From: Carcharhinus amblyrhynchos
Taxonomy: Eukaryota
Length of the DNA: 64,000 nt
Direction: 5' to 3'
NCBI GenBank assembly: GCA_965287045.1
Contig: OZ336879.1
Span: forward strand, 89,528,001-89,592,000
Below, in pieces: positions 37,821-51,609 of the stretch. How positions within the stretch are numbered: position 1 is the first letter of the stretch; each line of letters opens with the position of its first letter. The notes under the pieces were generated by a model, which was not told the DNA's origin, made no database searches, and saw only the letters and a list, made by a program, of their open reading frames with translations. The position numbers were made by a program, and so were the translations under genes.

Positions 37821-38564
37821 TATCTTTGTTCTGGATCGGTGGTTGGTAGGCCATACACAATCGTATGCCTTATCACCCACAAGGCGTATGGGGGGTGGAA
37901 CTGTGGAACCCTCAATTAGGAAAAGTAAGACACGTCAGAAACAGCATTTTGGAACTTTGCATCATCAGAGCAGATGCAACAGGTGGAGAAACTGGGAGAA
38001 TGACCGGTAGACGGGCGCCGCAACAGCTCGGTGACTAGCACTGCTAGCTGTGCAGATACATGGATTTGGGCCTGTGTCTGTGGGAGTTTGCGCATTCTCC
38101 CTGTGGTTGCATGGGTTTCCTCCGGGCGCTCCGGTTTCCTCCCACACCCCAAAGATGTGCTCTTAGGCTGATTGGTTTTACCAAATTGACACTATCTTCC
38201 CCTGAATCTGGCTAAGTTAGGGGTTCCATTCGTAGATATGCAGGGTAGAATAGGTGTAGGGTGATGCGGAGGCGCGGGCTCGTTGGGCCGAAGGGCCTGT
38301 TTCCCGTGCTGGGTTGTTCTTTGTTTTAGCCTGTTGCTGAGCTGTACCTTCTACGAGGATTAGCACAAACACACGCTTATAAAATGTTACATGTTCAAAG
38401 CTGCTGCGGCCAAATTGAATGCAGACCAACCAAACAAATGTTAGGATTAAGAAGTGAACCAGGCAGTTCAATGAAAGGTTTCAGGGACAATCATGACCAT
38501 CACTTTAATAATTGTCCAGGAAAATCCAATTTTGGTAGTTTTTTTTACAGTACTGATAACATTC

Positions 38565-40530
38565 GGCATGCTTAGTTTCATTGGTCAGAACATTGGATAC
38601 AGGAGTTGGGACGTCTTGTTGAAGTTGTACAAGACATTGGTAGGGCCACACTTGGAATACTATGTACAGTTCTGCTCACCCTGTTATAGAAAGGATATTA
38701 TTAAACTAGAAAGGGTGCAGAAAAAATTTACGAGGATGTTACCAGGACTTGATGGTTTGAGTTATAAGAAGAGGTTGGATGGACGGAGACCTTTTTCCCT
38801 GGAGACTTAAGGGTGATCTTATAGAGGTCTATAAAATAATTAGGAGCATAGATCAGCTAGATAGTCAACATTTTTTCCCAATGGTAGGGGAGTCTAAAAC
38901 TAGAAGGTATAGGTTTAAGGTGAAAGTGATACAAAAGGATCCAGAAGGACAATTTTTTCATACAGAGGGTGATGAGTGTCTGGAATGAGCTGCCAGATTA
39001 CTGAGGATGCTGGAATCTGCAACAAAAACAGAAAATGCTGGAAAATTTCGGCAGGTCGGACAAAGGATCATGAATCTATGGAATTCACTACCCCGCAGCA
39101 TGGTGGAGGCTGACACTTTTCAGTAAATTTAAGGGAGAGGTGGACAGATTTTTAGTTAATGAGAGTTTGATGAGCTATGGTGAATGGGCAGGAAAATAGA
39201 ATTGAGGTCGAGATGAGATCAACCATGATCTGTACCACCGTGCCACCCTATAGAGAACAGTGGCATGATGGCACAGTGGCGAGCACTGCTGCCTCACAAC
39301 GCCAGGGACCCTGGTTCAATTCCTGACTTGGGTCGCTGTCTGCGTGGGTTCTCTCTGGGTGCTCCGGTTTCCTCCCACAGTCCAAAGATGTGCAGGTTGG
39401 ATGCATTGACCGTGCTAAATTCTCCCTCAGTGTACCCAAACAGGCGCCAGACTGTGATGACTAGGGGATTTTCATAGTAACTTCATTGCAGTGTTAATAT
39501 AAGCCTACTTGTGACTAATAAATAAACCTTAATGATTATTATTATTGATGAAAAATGTTTCAAGACCAGCATGTGGAAATGCATGTGGACACAGATTTAA
39601 GGTGCGGGGAGGCAAGTACAGAAGTGATGTTAGGGGTAAGTTTTTCACTCAGAGGGTTGTGAGTGAATGGACTCGGCTGCCGTCAGTGGTGGTGGAGGCG
39701 AACTCGCTGGGGTCTTTTAAAAGACTTCTGGATGAGTATATGGGATTTAATGGGATTGGGGGTTATAGATAGGTCTATGGATTGGTAGGTGTTGATGTGA
39801 TCGGCACAACTCGTGGGCCGAAGGGCCTGTTTGTGCTGTAGTGTTCTATGTTCTATGTTCTATGCTGGATTTTGATGAGAGTGGTGCAGAGTTTTGAAGG
39901 CACTGGTTTTGTGTTGCTTATTTATTTATTGTGAGGGGAATTGAATGCCAGTGTAGTGAGGTTGTATTTCAGTCTTATTAGTTAGACCACATTTGGAGTA
40001 CCGTGTAGACTATTGGTCTCTAATTAAAGAAAGATGTAACTGCGTTGGAAGCCATTCAAAGAAGGTTCACTAGATTAATACCATGAATGGGCCTTATGAG
40101 GAAAGGTTGGAGAGATTAGGCTTATATCCATTGGAGTTTCGAAGAGTAGGAAGTGATTTGATTGAAGCGTATAAGATTCCGGCGGTGGGGGGGGCCTGAC
40201 AGATTGGATGTTCTGTTGTGAGAGAATTGAGAATCCCTTGCTGCTGTTTAAAAATGAGTCACCCATTTAAGGCAGAGATGAGGAGTTTTTTTTTCTCTCA
40301 AAGAGTTGTGAGACTTTGGAATTCTCTTCCTCAGAAGGTGACTGAGGCAACGTCTTTGAACATGGTTAAGGCAGAAGTAGATAGACTCCTGATAAGCAAT
40401 GGGGTGAAAGGCTATCGGGAGAGGCAGTAATCTGAAGTTGAGGTAAAAATTCCATCAGCTCTAATTTTATTGAATGGTGGAGCAGGCTCCAGGGGCCAAG
40501 TGGCCGACTGTTGCTCCTAATCCATATGTA
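38565..40530 (+). mobile_element. Cluster of CR1 ORF2 C-terminal and 3' fragments (38565-38996, 39070-39230, 39580-39865, 39940-40530)
   Basis: Peptides LYKTLVGPHLEYYVQFCSPCYRKDIIKLERVQKKFTRMLPGL, FFTQRVVSEWTRLP and FFSQRVVRLWNSLP. Confidence 0.85.
39260..39530 (+). mobile_element. V-SINE, tail B
   Basis: Head, core and tail B. Confidence 0.82.
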
Positions 40531-40924
40531 GGTGCTGCACAGCTTAAATAATGGGACATTTATTGGATGGCAAATAAGTGAAAGACTGTAACCTCAGAAA
40601 TGTATGTTATTGTTACATCCCCAAAGGGTTAAAAATTTGACCAATGTGAAAACGTGATTATGAAAACAAATCTTTGCAAATCTGCACAACTTGAAATCAG
40701 ACGACATGATTATATTAACAAAATCTGCAACATTGCAATAAATCACCAGTAAGTGAGCAACTGATCAAAAGTATTTTGAAATCTATATTCTTCTGTTTTT
40801 TTGGAATTAAATTGTTCTCTGTTGAATGAAATCCTGTCACTGCAGTTCTCTTTGTTTATGATTGCATTAGGATTGTGTACAAATTGTTAGCTTTGGAAAT
40901 ATTGATGATATCTCCTTTCCCTAG

Positions 40925-41112
40925 AGCGGGGGCAACCTTTTGACAAGCATACCCAAGACAGCGGATCATCCATCGAGGACTCTTCTGTGCCAGCTTGGGT
41001 CACCATGGCTAGGCAAAAGCAGAAGGGGTATCAAGTGCAGCATTATGGGAAAACGGCAAAAACGCCAACCCAGGAAGCCAAACCTATCACCGACAGGAAA
41101 ACAGTGGACAAG
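40925..41112 (+). CDS. CRACDL: CRACDL coding exon F: (E)RGQPFDKHTQDSGSSIEDSSVPAWVTMARQKQKGYQ...RKTVDK
   Basis: Acceptor tcctttccctag|AG, donor AAG|gtaaca; 188 nt, phase 1-0, matching the exon E donor; PxWxTxxRQK motif. Confidence 0.9.
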
Positions 41113-41579
41113 GTAACATTGTGCGGTGCTGAGCCCTTCGTTCTTCTTTGATATGCTATATTATGCTGATCATCAGTCATTCCGTTCTGTACATGATATA
41201 GTACACCACATACACTGCATCAGGATCAGGAATGCGCTGCCTGAGTGGGTGGGGGTGGGGGGGAGACAGGTTCAATCAAGACACTCTAGAGAATTGGATT
41301 GTTACCTGAAAAGGAAGAATCTGCAAGGCTGCAGGCAGAAGGCAGGGGAATGGCATGATGTGTATTGCACATTTGGGGAGCCAGCACAGACATGATGGGT
41401 CATATGGCCCCCTTGTGTGCTGTAAGAATTCTATCATTCTTGTGTCCTTCAGTAACCCTGGGGAGAATTTAATCTCATAAAGGTTCCTGTTGGAAATCTG
41501 TGAACAGTGTGTTGTGTTGCACATTTCTTTGTGAACTTGGTTGCTGTTCCTGTTACAGTTAGACTACAGTTTAAATCTT

Positions 41580-41880
41580 AGGGACGGCACGGTGGCAGAA
41601 CACTGCTGCCTCAGTGCACCCAGGAACATAGGTTCGATTCCTGGCTTGGATCACTGTCCATGTGGGGTCTTCACGTTCTCCCCGTGTCTGCGTGGGTTTC
41701 CTCCGGGTGCTCCGGTTTCCTCCCACAGTCCAAAAGACACGCTGTTTAGGTGCATTGGCCATGCTGAATTCTCCCTCAATGTACGTGAACAGATGCTGGA
41801 GTGTGACGACGAGGGGATTTTCACAGTAATGTCATTGCAGTGTGAATGTAAGCCTACTTGTGACACTAATAAATAAATGA
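41580..41880 (+). mobile_element. V-SINE, tail B
   Basis: Head, core and tail B. Confidence 0.85.
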
Positions 41881-42719
41881 ACATTAAACAATTAAAAATG
41901 AAAGACAGAATGCTTTGATCCAAATTAAAAAGGAGTGAGCAGCAGTTCATACTGAGAAAGAAAATCCTCATGGGTAAACAACAGTTGTCATTTTAATTTC
42001 CATTTCTTTGTTTTACATTTTGGATTTGGGTTCAGATGACCCAGATTCATACATTCTGCGTGTTCTTCCCCTTGGGAACCTATCATTTCACTCTCCTCTT
42101 TAGCATAAAGTGGTTATTTTGTCTTACCAACATGTGGACAAATAAACTGAGCCATTCAGCTGCAAACACAGACTTTATTACCTTTGATTTGTTTTATTTT
42201 AAATTGAAATTCAAAAGACCCTACTAATCTAGGTATGAATAGAGGAGACTGCCTTGAGTGATGGGGCAATGCTTTTCAGACCCTTTATAACCTCTCACTG
42301 ATTTCCCTGAAGTCCAAGCTAAAAAAAATCAGTAAAGCTGCTTTGAGTTTGTATCATCTATGAAGCTACTATTCTTTGGACCACAATTATTTGTACAATA
42401 GAAGCCTTGCAATGTTTCCCTGAGTATCCCAGTCAGGATTACAGTCTCTGGTGGGTTCACGCCTGCGATATGGCACAACTATCAATGAAGTGAAGGTGAA
42501 ACTGACTGCCCTATCATCAAAGTACCATTTGACTAAGTGCAACATCAAGGAAACATTGCAAAATCAAAATGAAACAGATTCAGCAGAAAACTTAAACCCA
42601 TACCTCGCACAGAGGAAGATGGATGTGGTTCTTGGAGGCCAATTATCTCAACCCCAGGGCATCACTGCAAGAGGTTGACAGAGTAGTGTCCTAGGCCCAA
42701 CCATTTTCAGCTCCTTTTA

Positions 42720-43030
42720 TAGAATCATAAAGTCATGGAATCCCTACAGTACAGAAGGAGGCCATTCGGTCCATCGAGTCTGCACCCAGGCCCTATTCCC
42801 ATATTTACCCTGCTAACCCCCTGACACCAGGGTCAATTTACCATGGCCAATCAACCTAACCCACATACCTTTGGACTGTGGGAGGAAACCAGAGCACCCG
42901 GAGGAAACCCACACTGACACAGGGAGAATGTGCAAACTCCACACAGCCAGTGACCCGAGGCCGGAATTGAACCCGGATTCCTGGCGCTGTGAAACAGCAG
43001 TGCTAACCATTGTGCCACTGTGCCGCCCTA
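42720..43030 (-). mobile_element. V-SINE, tail A
   Basis: Reverse-complement full copy. Confidence 0.82.
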
Positions 43031-43834
43031 ATTATCCATTGTAGTGATGCTTTTTTTAAATTCATTTGTGGGATATGGGTATCTCTGGCTCGCCAGCAAT
43101 TATTGCCCATCTTCGTTGCCCTTGGGTTGAGTGGTTTGTATTTCAGGGGGCAGTTGAGAATCAACCACATTGCTGTGACTCTGGAGGCCCCATGTAGGCC
43201 AGCCTGAGTAAGGACAGCAGATTTCCTTTCCTAAAAGACATTAGTGAACAAACTTTTTTTTCCTGACAATCATTTCATGGTTATCAGTAGATTCTTAACT
43301 CCAGATTTGTTAAGAATTGAATTCAAATGTCACCATCTAGTGTGACAGGATTCGAACTGAGGTCCCCAGAGTATTTTGTGGATTAATAGTCCAGCAGTAA
43401 TACCACAAGGCCATCGCCTCCCCTTGTTGACAATTGCACCGTTTTCAGTACTACCCGAGACTCCTCATACTGAAGCAGTCCATGATGATCACCTTTTTGC
43501 AGTATCAATATAAGCCTACTTGTGAAACTAATAAATAAACTTTATTTACAAGTCTCAGGTAAGGAACATGATGGAATATTTTTCACTTGAATGATAGGAT
43601 CCCGAGAGTGCAGAAGGAGGCCATTCAGCCCATTGAATCTGCACTGACTCTCTGACAGGATATCTCACCTAATCCCACCACCATCAAGGTGATCTTTCCG
43701 AATCCATTTTGTACATTCAGATGTACTTCCATAGATTAAGCCAAACAATAGATAAAACATAAATACATTCTTCATGCTATGTCCTGGATGGTGTTGAACT
43801 ACTTGAGGTATGTTAGAGCTGTACTCATCCAGGC

Positions 43835-44445
43835 AGAGGGTGGCACAGAGGTTAGCATTGCTGCCTTTCATCACCAGGGACCCTGGTTCAATTCCGCCCT
43901 TGGATGACTTTGTGGAATTTGCACGTACTGCTGTGTCTGTGTGGGTTTTCTCCCACAGTCCAAAGATGTGCAGGTTAGGTGGATTGACCATCTTAAATTC
44001 TCCTTAGTGTCCCAAGATGTGTGGATTTGCAGAGTAAATGTGTGGGGAAAGAGTGGGGCGGTTGGACTAGGTAAGTTACCCTGTCAGAGAGTCAGTGCAG
44101 ACTCCTTCTGCACTGTACGGATTCTATCATTCAGATGAAGAATATTCTATCATGTGCCTGACCGGAGACTTGTAAATAAAGTTCATTTGCTAGTTTCACA
44201 AGTAGGCTTAGGTGGACACTGCAATAAAGTTACTGTGAAAATCCCTTAGTCACCACACTCCAGGGCCTGCTCAGGATGCAGAGAGAATTAACCAGCACCT
44301 TTTGGACTGTGGGAGGAAGCCAGAGCACCTGGAGGAAATCCAAGCATGGGGAGAGTGTGCAGATTCCGCACAGACAGTGACCCAAGCTGAGAATTGAACC
44401 CGGGTTGCTGGCACTGTGAGGAAGCACTGCAAACCAGTGTGCCAC
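43835..44445. mobile_element. Tail-to-tail V-SINE pair: tail A (+, 43835-44135) and tail B (-, 44170-44445)
   Basis: Opposite orientations about 35 bp apart. Confidence 0.75.
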
Positions 44446-45344
44446 CTAGTTTGGTGGATGGAGTGCGGACAGAGAAGGAGATGAGTTACTCACTGCAGAA
44501 TTCCCAGCCTCTCACCTGCTCTCGCAGCCAGGGTTTTTATGTATCGGGTCCAGTTCAGTTTCTAGTCAATGGAAAGCCCCCAGGTTGCAGAGTGATAGGG
44601 GACTCGGCTCTTTGTGCACCAGCGACAGCCTCTCAAATGGTCTTTGCCTTTCGAAGATGTGCCACTGACCATTAGAAGCTGAAGGGACCAGAAATGTAGA
44701 CAGCAGGAGCCCAATCAAATCCGAGCGGAGCTTTGCCTTAAGTTGATTTGATTTGACTACATCGACCTCGTTTATGCGGTTGCTATAAATTAAATGTGAC
44801 GCCGGCTCCAAAGTCGGCTGGTAATTTCTGCGGCTCGCCACACAAAAAAAAATCTTCAGTGTAAGTGATAAAGCCAGTGGGTGCTGTCAGTTTGCAGCAG
44901 ACTGGAAATCTATCTGCGCAACAATTTCTTTCAAATTTAGCAACATTTTAATAATGTATCACAGAGCCAAAGTATTTCCAACCCTGCTGATCTTCATAAA
45001 CTGCACAGTGCTCGTGAGATTAACTTTCGTCCCTGCCAAACAGAGGATGCTCGCAAGTGGTAACCCAGCAAGATGAAAAATGTTTTACATTCCCGGGAGC
45101 ACACGTTGTGTGTCAGTCTCTCTAGGTTTGGGCAATGCTGCAGCACTCTGTAATGAGGACAATAAGATTAATATCTCTTTCTCATGGAACATTGCAGCAA
45201 ATCAGGAGGACAGTTTGCCCTGAGCTCAGGGATCTGGCTTGTGAACAATCATTTTTAGTGAAATACAGGCTGAGTATGGCAGCCAATTTAGTCTATACAA
45301 TTATTGACCGACACACTAATAAAGCTTATATATGGGGGGGGGAG

Positions 45345-45995
45345 GTCGGTGGCCTGGTGGTATTATTGCTAGACTATTAATCAGACCATTAATTAAACTC
45401 AGCTAAAGTTCTGGAGACCTTAGTTCAAATCTCGCCTCAGCAAATGACAGAATTTGAATTCAATTAAAAAAAAATCTGGAATTAAGAATCCACTGATGGT
45501 CATGAAACGATTGTCAAAAAAACCCCCCATCTGGTTCACTAATGCCCTCAGGGCAATACAGTGGCACTGTGATTGGCACTGCTGCCTCACAGTGCCAGGG
45601 ACTCACGTTCTATTCCAGCCCTGGTCACTGTCTGTGTGGAGTTTGCACATTCTCCCCAATTCCGTGTGGGTTTCCTCTGGGTGCTCTGGTTTCCTCCCAC
45701 AGTCCGAAAGACGTGCTGGTTAGGTGCATTGACCATGCTAAGTTCTCCTTCAGGCAGGCACCAGAGTGTGGCGACTAGGGGATTTTTGTAGCGTTAATGT
45801 AAGCCTACTCGTGACACTAATAAATAAACTTAAACATTAGGGAAGGAAATCTGCCGTCCTTACCTGGTCTGGCCTACATGTGACACCAGAGCGACAGCAA
45901 TGTGGTTGACTCTCAGCTGTCCTCCAAGGGCAACTAGGGATGGACAATAAATGCTGGCCAAACAGTGATGCCCATGTTCCACGAATGAATAAAAT
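45345..45995 (+). mobile_element. SINE family 2 split by a V-SINE tail B insertion (about 45555-45836)
   Basis: Family 2 breaks at ctaatgccctcaggg and resumes at ttagggaaggaaatctgcc; TSD-like tcaggg/ttaggg. Confidence 0.75.
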
Positions 45996-46889
45996 GTGGA
46001 ACAGGGCACAGGGGGAATTTGGTGGGCTGTCAACTCTTGCCAAGTAAGTTGTAAAAGAGGCAGTATTTCCCATGATGATGATGAGAGATGGTAGTGTGTT
46101 TCTTTCTGTAATTACTATTGCAATGTCTGATTGTTAGTCTTTTAATAACTTCAGTGTGATTGTGGCCCAAGTGCTTTTAAACAGGAAGTTTTAATGTATT
46201 TGTTCTTACACAATTGTTGTACAGTATAATAATAAATGTCAATCAATTAAAACAGTCTACAGCAGTTTTACATTCTACACGGTCCATCCAGATATACATT
46301 TTGATTTGATTTATTATTATCACATGTATTAGGATACAGTGAAAAGGATTGTTTCTTGCATGTTATAGAAACATTGAAGATAGGAGCAGGAGGAGGCCAT
46401 TCAGTCCTTCAGCCTGCTCCGCTATTCATTATGATTATGGCTGATCATCCAACTCAATAGTCTAATCCTGCTTTTACCTATAACCTTTGATCCCATTCGC
46501 CACAAGTGCTATATCTAGCTGCCTCTTGAACACATTCAATGTTATACAAACAAAGCATACCATACATAGAGAAGGAAAAGAGAGGATGCAGAATTTAGTG
46601 TTACAATCATAGCTAGGGTGTAGAGAAAGATCAACTTAATACAAGGTAAGCCTATTCAAAAGTTTGATGGCAGCAAGGAAGAAGCTGTTCTTGAGTCGGT
46701 TGGTACGTGACCTCAGATTTTTGTATGTTTTTCCTGACTGAAGAAGGTGGAAGAGAGAATGTGCCGGGATCGTTAATTAAGTTGGCTGCTTTGCTGAGGC
46801 AGTGGGAAGTGTAGACAGAGTCAGTGGATGGGAGGCTGGTTTGCGTGATGGATTGGGCTTCATTCACGACCCTTGAAGTTTCTTACATT

Positions 46890-48470
46890 CCACATGGTCC
46901 CACACAGGAGGTCAGTAAATACAACTAGAGCTTGTGAGATTGGGAGTAATATACCAGTATGGATTGAGAATTGATCAGCAGATAGCAGATAGAAAGCAGA
47001 GGGTAGGAGTAAACTGATCCTTTTCAGGATGGCAGGCTGTTACTAGTGAGCTATTGCAAGGATCAGTGCTAGGGTCCCAACTGTTCACAACTTATATAAA
47101 TTATTTGGATGTGAGGACCAGTTATAATATTACCAAACTTGCTGATGACACAAAACAGGGGAGAAATCTAAATTGTGAGAAGGATGCAAGGAAATTTCAA
47201 AAGAATTTCAACAGGCTAAATGGACAAGCAAGAACATGGTAGGTAGAATATAATGTAAGTAATTGTGAAGCTATTCACTTTGGTAGAAAAAAAAGAAAGG
47301 GAAAATATTTCTTACATAGTGAGATATTGGGAAATGCAGGTGTCCGAAGGGACCTGGGTATCCTTGTTCACTAAAGGTTAGCATGCAGGTTCAACAAGAC
47401 AATTAGGAAGGCAAATGATATTACTTACAAATTCTTACATGGTGTGACAAGGTGCATGTAGATAAGATGGTTCCCCTATCTGGTAAGTCTAAAACCAAAG
47501 GATATCATCTCAGGATAAGGGGTAGGCCATTTATGATTGAGGTGGGGAGGAATTTCTTCATTCAGAGGGTGGTAAACCTTTGGAATTCTCCATCCCAGAG
47601 AGCTGTGGAAGCTTAATCACTCAGCAGGTTCAAGACAGAATTCAAAAGATTTCTGGATACTGTTAAAATGCAGAGGTTGACCCCTTTTGAGAAGTAATGC
47701 TGAATCCCCCAAAGAGGAATATTTTGCCCCGTAATCTGTTAAAAGTGTGTGGGAAGGTGTGAAATGTTCATCAGTAATGTTTAGTGGCTAACCAACAAAA
47801 ATATCTGAAACTCTTTTTAAAATGAACACTTCTTTCTGATTTAGTACCTTTCAACAGTTAGATGGTGCACTGTCTTAAGAAATGTCTGAAGCTGGCAGGA
47901 TTGAGAGCTGCTCTAGCCCTCTCGAGGCTTGAGAGGTGGCAGTTCTTCTGTTGCTCTCCTGTTTATCTCGCCCCCACCATCTCTTTTATACCTATGATGG
48001 CCTATCAATTTTCCGACCATGGGATTGGTCTGATTTTGTCAACACTATCAAATTCGAATGTTATAGGTTCCTGGTAGCTGAGTGCCAGCTTTAAATTGAC
48101 TGGGCAAAATTAAAAAACAATGTCTTGTCAAGACTACTGCTTTGCCTTTTTGATACAAATGTTTCAGCTTGGATTCTGGATGTACTTTGTATTTTAAATC
48201 TCCAAGCGCTGAAACAAAACAGCAGCTTTTAAATGGACCACGCAACGTTGTCGAGTAATTTTGCAACTTTTTATCAACATCTGCAATATCTTTATTAACA
48301 TCAAGTTCCAACTTCACAGATTCAACTTTGCAACAATACTATTGACGTCAAGGACTGTGGGGATAGTGCAGGAAAATAGCTTTGAGGTGAATAATTGGCC
48401 ATGATCTAGTTGAATGGCAGAGCAGGCTTGATGGGCTCAATGACTTACTCCAGTTCCTATGTTCCTAATA
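46890..48470 (+). mobile_element. Decayed CR1 RT-to-3'-end fragment, split by the solo LTR
   Basis: QGSVLGSQLFTTYINYLD...ITKLADDTK (RT core motifs); 3' UTR resumes at 48340. Confidence 0.82.
47661..48335 (-). mobile_element. Solo LTR (675 bp) inserted in a CR1 3' end
   Basis: Termini TGTT...AACA; 4-bp TSD ATAC at 47657-47660 and 48336-48339; minus-strand CCAAT (48024-48028) and TATAAAA (47984-47990); the flanks rejoin into continuous CR1 sequence. Confidence 0.8.
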
Positions 48471-48623
48471 CAAACCTGGTTATTGCAAGGTAGTTAAGCT
48501 CAGCCATTGTTACTAGGCTATGAACGTCTTATCATGCCATTTTTAACCTTTATGTTGCTGAGTTGCCTTGGGCCACACACATTTCTGTGCATATCTTCTG
48601 GTAATTAACTATTCCACCAAAAA

Positions 48624-48932
48624 GGGCGGCACGGTGACACAGTGGTTAGCACTGCTGCCTGACAGCACCAGAGACCCAGGTTCAATTCCCAGCTTGGGTT
48701 ACTATCTCTATGGAGTTTGCATGTCCTCCCCGTGTCTGCGTGGGTTTCCTCTAGGTGCTCCGGTTTCCTCCCACAGTCCAAAGATGTGTGGGTTAGGTGG
48801 ATTGGCCACAGTAAATTGTCCATGAGTGTCAGGGATGAATGTGTGGGATAGGGTCTGGGTGGGATTGTTGTCGGTGCAGTCTCAATGGGCCAAATGGCCT
48901 CCTTCTGCACTGTCGGGATTCTATGATTCTAA
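48624..48932 (+). mobile_element. V-SINE, tail A, full length
   Basis: Head, core and gattctatgattct end. Confidence 0.87.
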
Positions 48933-49599
48933 CTGGAGGCCATCTTACTAGCTCATGATGAGCTCCCCATAAAGCACCCTAATCTCGATTTCCATTTTAG
49001 CCTTGTTACTGTCCTCTTATCTGGTTCCCCACAGCTTGCTTGCAAACAAAACCTGTTGGCCAGGTTTCTAATCCCGCCAGCAGTGGGCATCATCGTGGGC
49101 GGGACAAGAAAGCTTGGAGAGCGGCTTAAGTCAACTGATTGGTGGGCAGCTCTTAGAGGGCAGGGGGTCAACTTCCGGGGTCCTCGAAAGGCCCACTGTT
49201 GTCCCCTTAGCTGCCTGATAAGCAGAGGATATGGTGGGCTCTTTTCCTCAGTCAGCATAGATATCTCACCACCTTTCCAGGCAGAGTACAAGTCACCTGT
49301 CGAAAACAGAAGATTCCACCCGATATTGTAGATCGAGATGACCTTTAATATTTATAACTTATTTATAAATATAACCTATTTAGCGTTACACTGCAGTACA
49401 TTTCTGCTTTACATTTTCCACACAATGGGGGGATTTTTGCCATCAGGAATCTTAGCAGGCGGGAGGGGGCCATGCAAAGGTCCATCGGCTTTGGGTGGGA
49501 TTTTGGGACCACCGCAGCTGGAAAATCCCGCCCAAAGTATACGAATTTCAAAATTGCAAACTCCATTTAAAATTTAAATGTGTTCCTTTTTCTTACCAG

Positions 49600-49744
49600 G
49601 AGACCGTAAAGTCACCAACTGAACACAAAAACAGTCACCACAAGTCGTCGTCTCCTTGCCAAACCCAAGACTGCAAACTGGAGCTAAAGTCAAGTGTGGC
49701 AGAGTCTCAGCAGAAAGTCTCTCCCATTCCCAGCCCTGTGACAG
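49600..49744 (+). CDS. CRACDL: CRACDL coding exon G: ETVKSPTEHKNSHHKSSSPCQTQDCKLELKSSVAESQQKVSPIPSPVT
   Basis: Acceptor ctttttcttaccag|GAG, donor G|gtaaaa; 145 nt, phase 0-1, exactly the phase change needed between exon F and the last exon. Confidence 0.85.
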
Positions 49745-50821
49745 GTAAAAATGTAGACATATACACAGAACATTTAACGTAAATGTCACTGTTGGTGAGG
49801 ATTGCTCATAGGCCCAAACAGTACAGCAAAGACTCAACAGATTGGTCTCTGGAATGGGATGGTTGTCCAATGCTAAGGGACTGAGTAAACTGGGCCTACC
49901 TTCTCAGATGAATGGGAGGTAATCTCATGGAAGATTGTGAAGAGGCCTTACAGGATAGATACTGAAAGGTGATTCCGCCACCACCCCCCCCCCACCACCA
50001 CCACCTTCGCCCCGGTAAGGAATCTAAAACAAGGGAGGTACAATCTCAGGATAAGGGACTGTGGTGATTGTCCCTTCAAGGGCAACACAGCAGAGTAAGG
50101 GTCACATGGCCTGGGTGACCAATCAGGACTCAGAGTCTGGAATCACCCCAAAGTGAGAGAGGCTCCAAGGCAGAGACATTTTGGGAGCTAGCTACAGCCA
50201 TATGGCCACTGTGCATTTCTTGTTAATAAGTCATTTTTGTGTTTACTAATGGAGTGAGCGTAAGTGCCACGTTACTTCTGGTGACAAGGATAAATTATAT
50301 TGACACTGACTCTGGTCCTCCACTTGTGAATATCCTGTTTTAATCTAAATCTAAAAAATTTAGTACTCACCAGATGTCTCCCTTTGGGCGAATAGACCCT
50401 TTTGACTTCTTCATGGAGGACTGGACACAATGGCCGGAATTTTACCACCTCACCCGCCCCAGAATCAGAGCAGGTGCAGCTCGCAGAACGGCATTCTCTG
50501 GGATCATACGAGCCTTGGGCAGTAAAATTCCGAAAATATGTTGAGCACCTTGAGTATTATTTCCAAGTAAATGATATCGGGCAGGAAGCAAATTACAAAG
50601 TAGTGCTCCTAAATTTTTTGATTTGATTTGATTTGTTATTGTCACATGAATTAGTTTACAGTAAAAAGTATTTCTTGTGCGCTATAAAGACAAAGCATAC
50701 CGTTCATAGAGAAGGAAAGGAGAGAGTGCAGAATGTAGTGTTACAGTCATAGCAAGGATACAGTAAAAAATCAACTTAACGTGAGGTAGATCCATTCAAA
50801 AATCTGATGGCAGCAGGGAAG

Positions 50822-51118
50822 AATCATAGAATCCCTGCGTGCAACAGAAGACCTTTTGGCCCATCAAGTCTGCACTGACCACAATCCCACCCAATCCCTA
50901 TTCCTGTAACCCCACATATTTACCCTGCTAATCCCCCTGACACTAGGTTCACATTTAACATGGCCAATCTACCTAACCCCTACATCTTTGGACTGTGGGA
51001 GGAAACCAGAGCACCCAGAAGAAACCCACACAGACAGAGCGGGAGAACATGCAAATTCCACACAGACAGCGACCCAAGCTGGGAATGGGACCCGAGTCCC
51101 CGGCGCTGCGAGGCAGCT
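50822..51118 (-). mobile_element. V-SINE tail A nested in a Rex1/Babar fragment
   Basis: Rex sequence breaks at cagggaagaa and resumes at gctgttcttcagtc. Confidence 0.8.
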
Positions 51119-51609
51119 GTTCTTCAGTCAGTTGGTACATGACCTCAGACTTTTGTGTCTTTTCCTGACGGAAGAAGGTGAAAGAGAGAATGTCCGGGCT
51201 GCACAGGGCCCTTAATTATGCTGCCTGCTTCGCCAAGGCAGCGGGAAGTGTAGACAGAGTCAATCGATGGGAGGCTGGTTTGCATGACGGACTGGGCTAC
51301 ACTCACAACCTCATATAGTTCCTTACGATCTTGGGCAGAGCAGGAGCTTTGTGCTTGTAGAAGAGGAGCGAGTGTTTGTGGAACTCAGACCTATGGTTTT
51401 ATTCACAGTCTTACAGCCCCAAGTACACTGATTCCAAATCATTTAGCAAACTCATAGATTTAATGAAGGCTCAATCGCAACTTGAACCATCAGTCACGCT
51501 CCAGAGATTCAGATTTAAGAGTGAGAGTCTTGGGCGAATCGATCTTTACTTTCATTGCTAAACTGAACCAATTATCCAAGTAATATGATTTTGGAGTCAC
51601 CCTAAATGA

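Noticed and set aside
48048-48317. 89-aa minus-strand ORF
   Set aside because: Lies wholly within the solo LTR, starts at a GTG codon and has no recognisable domain.
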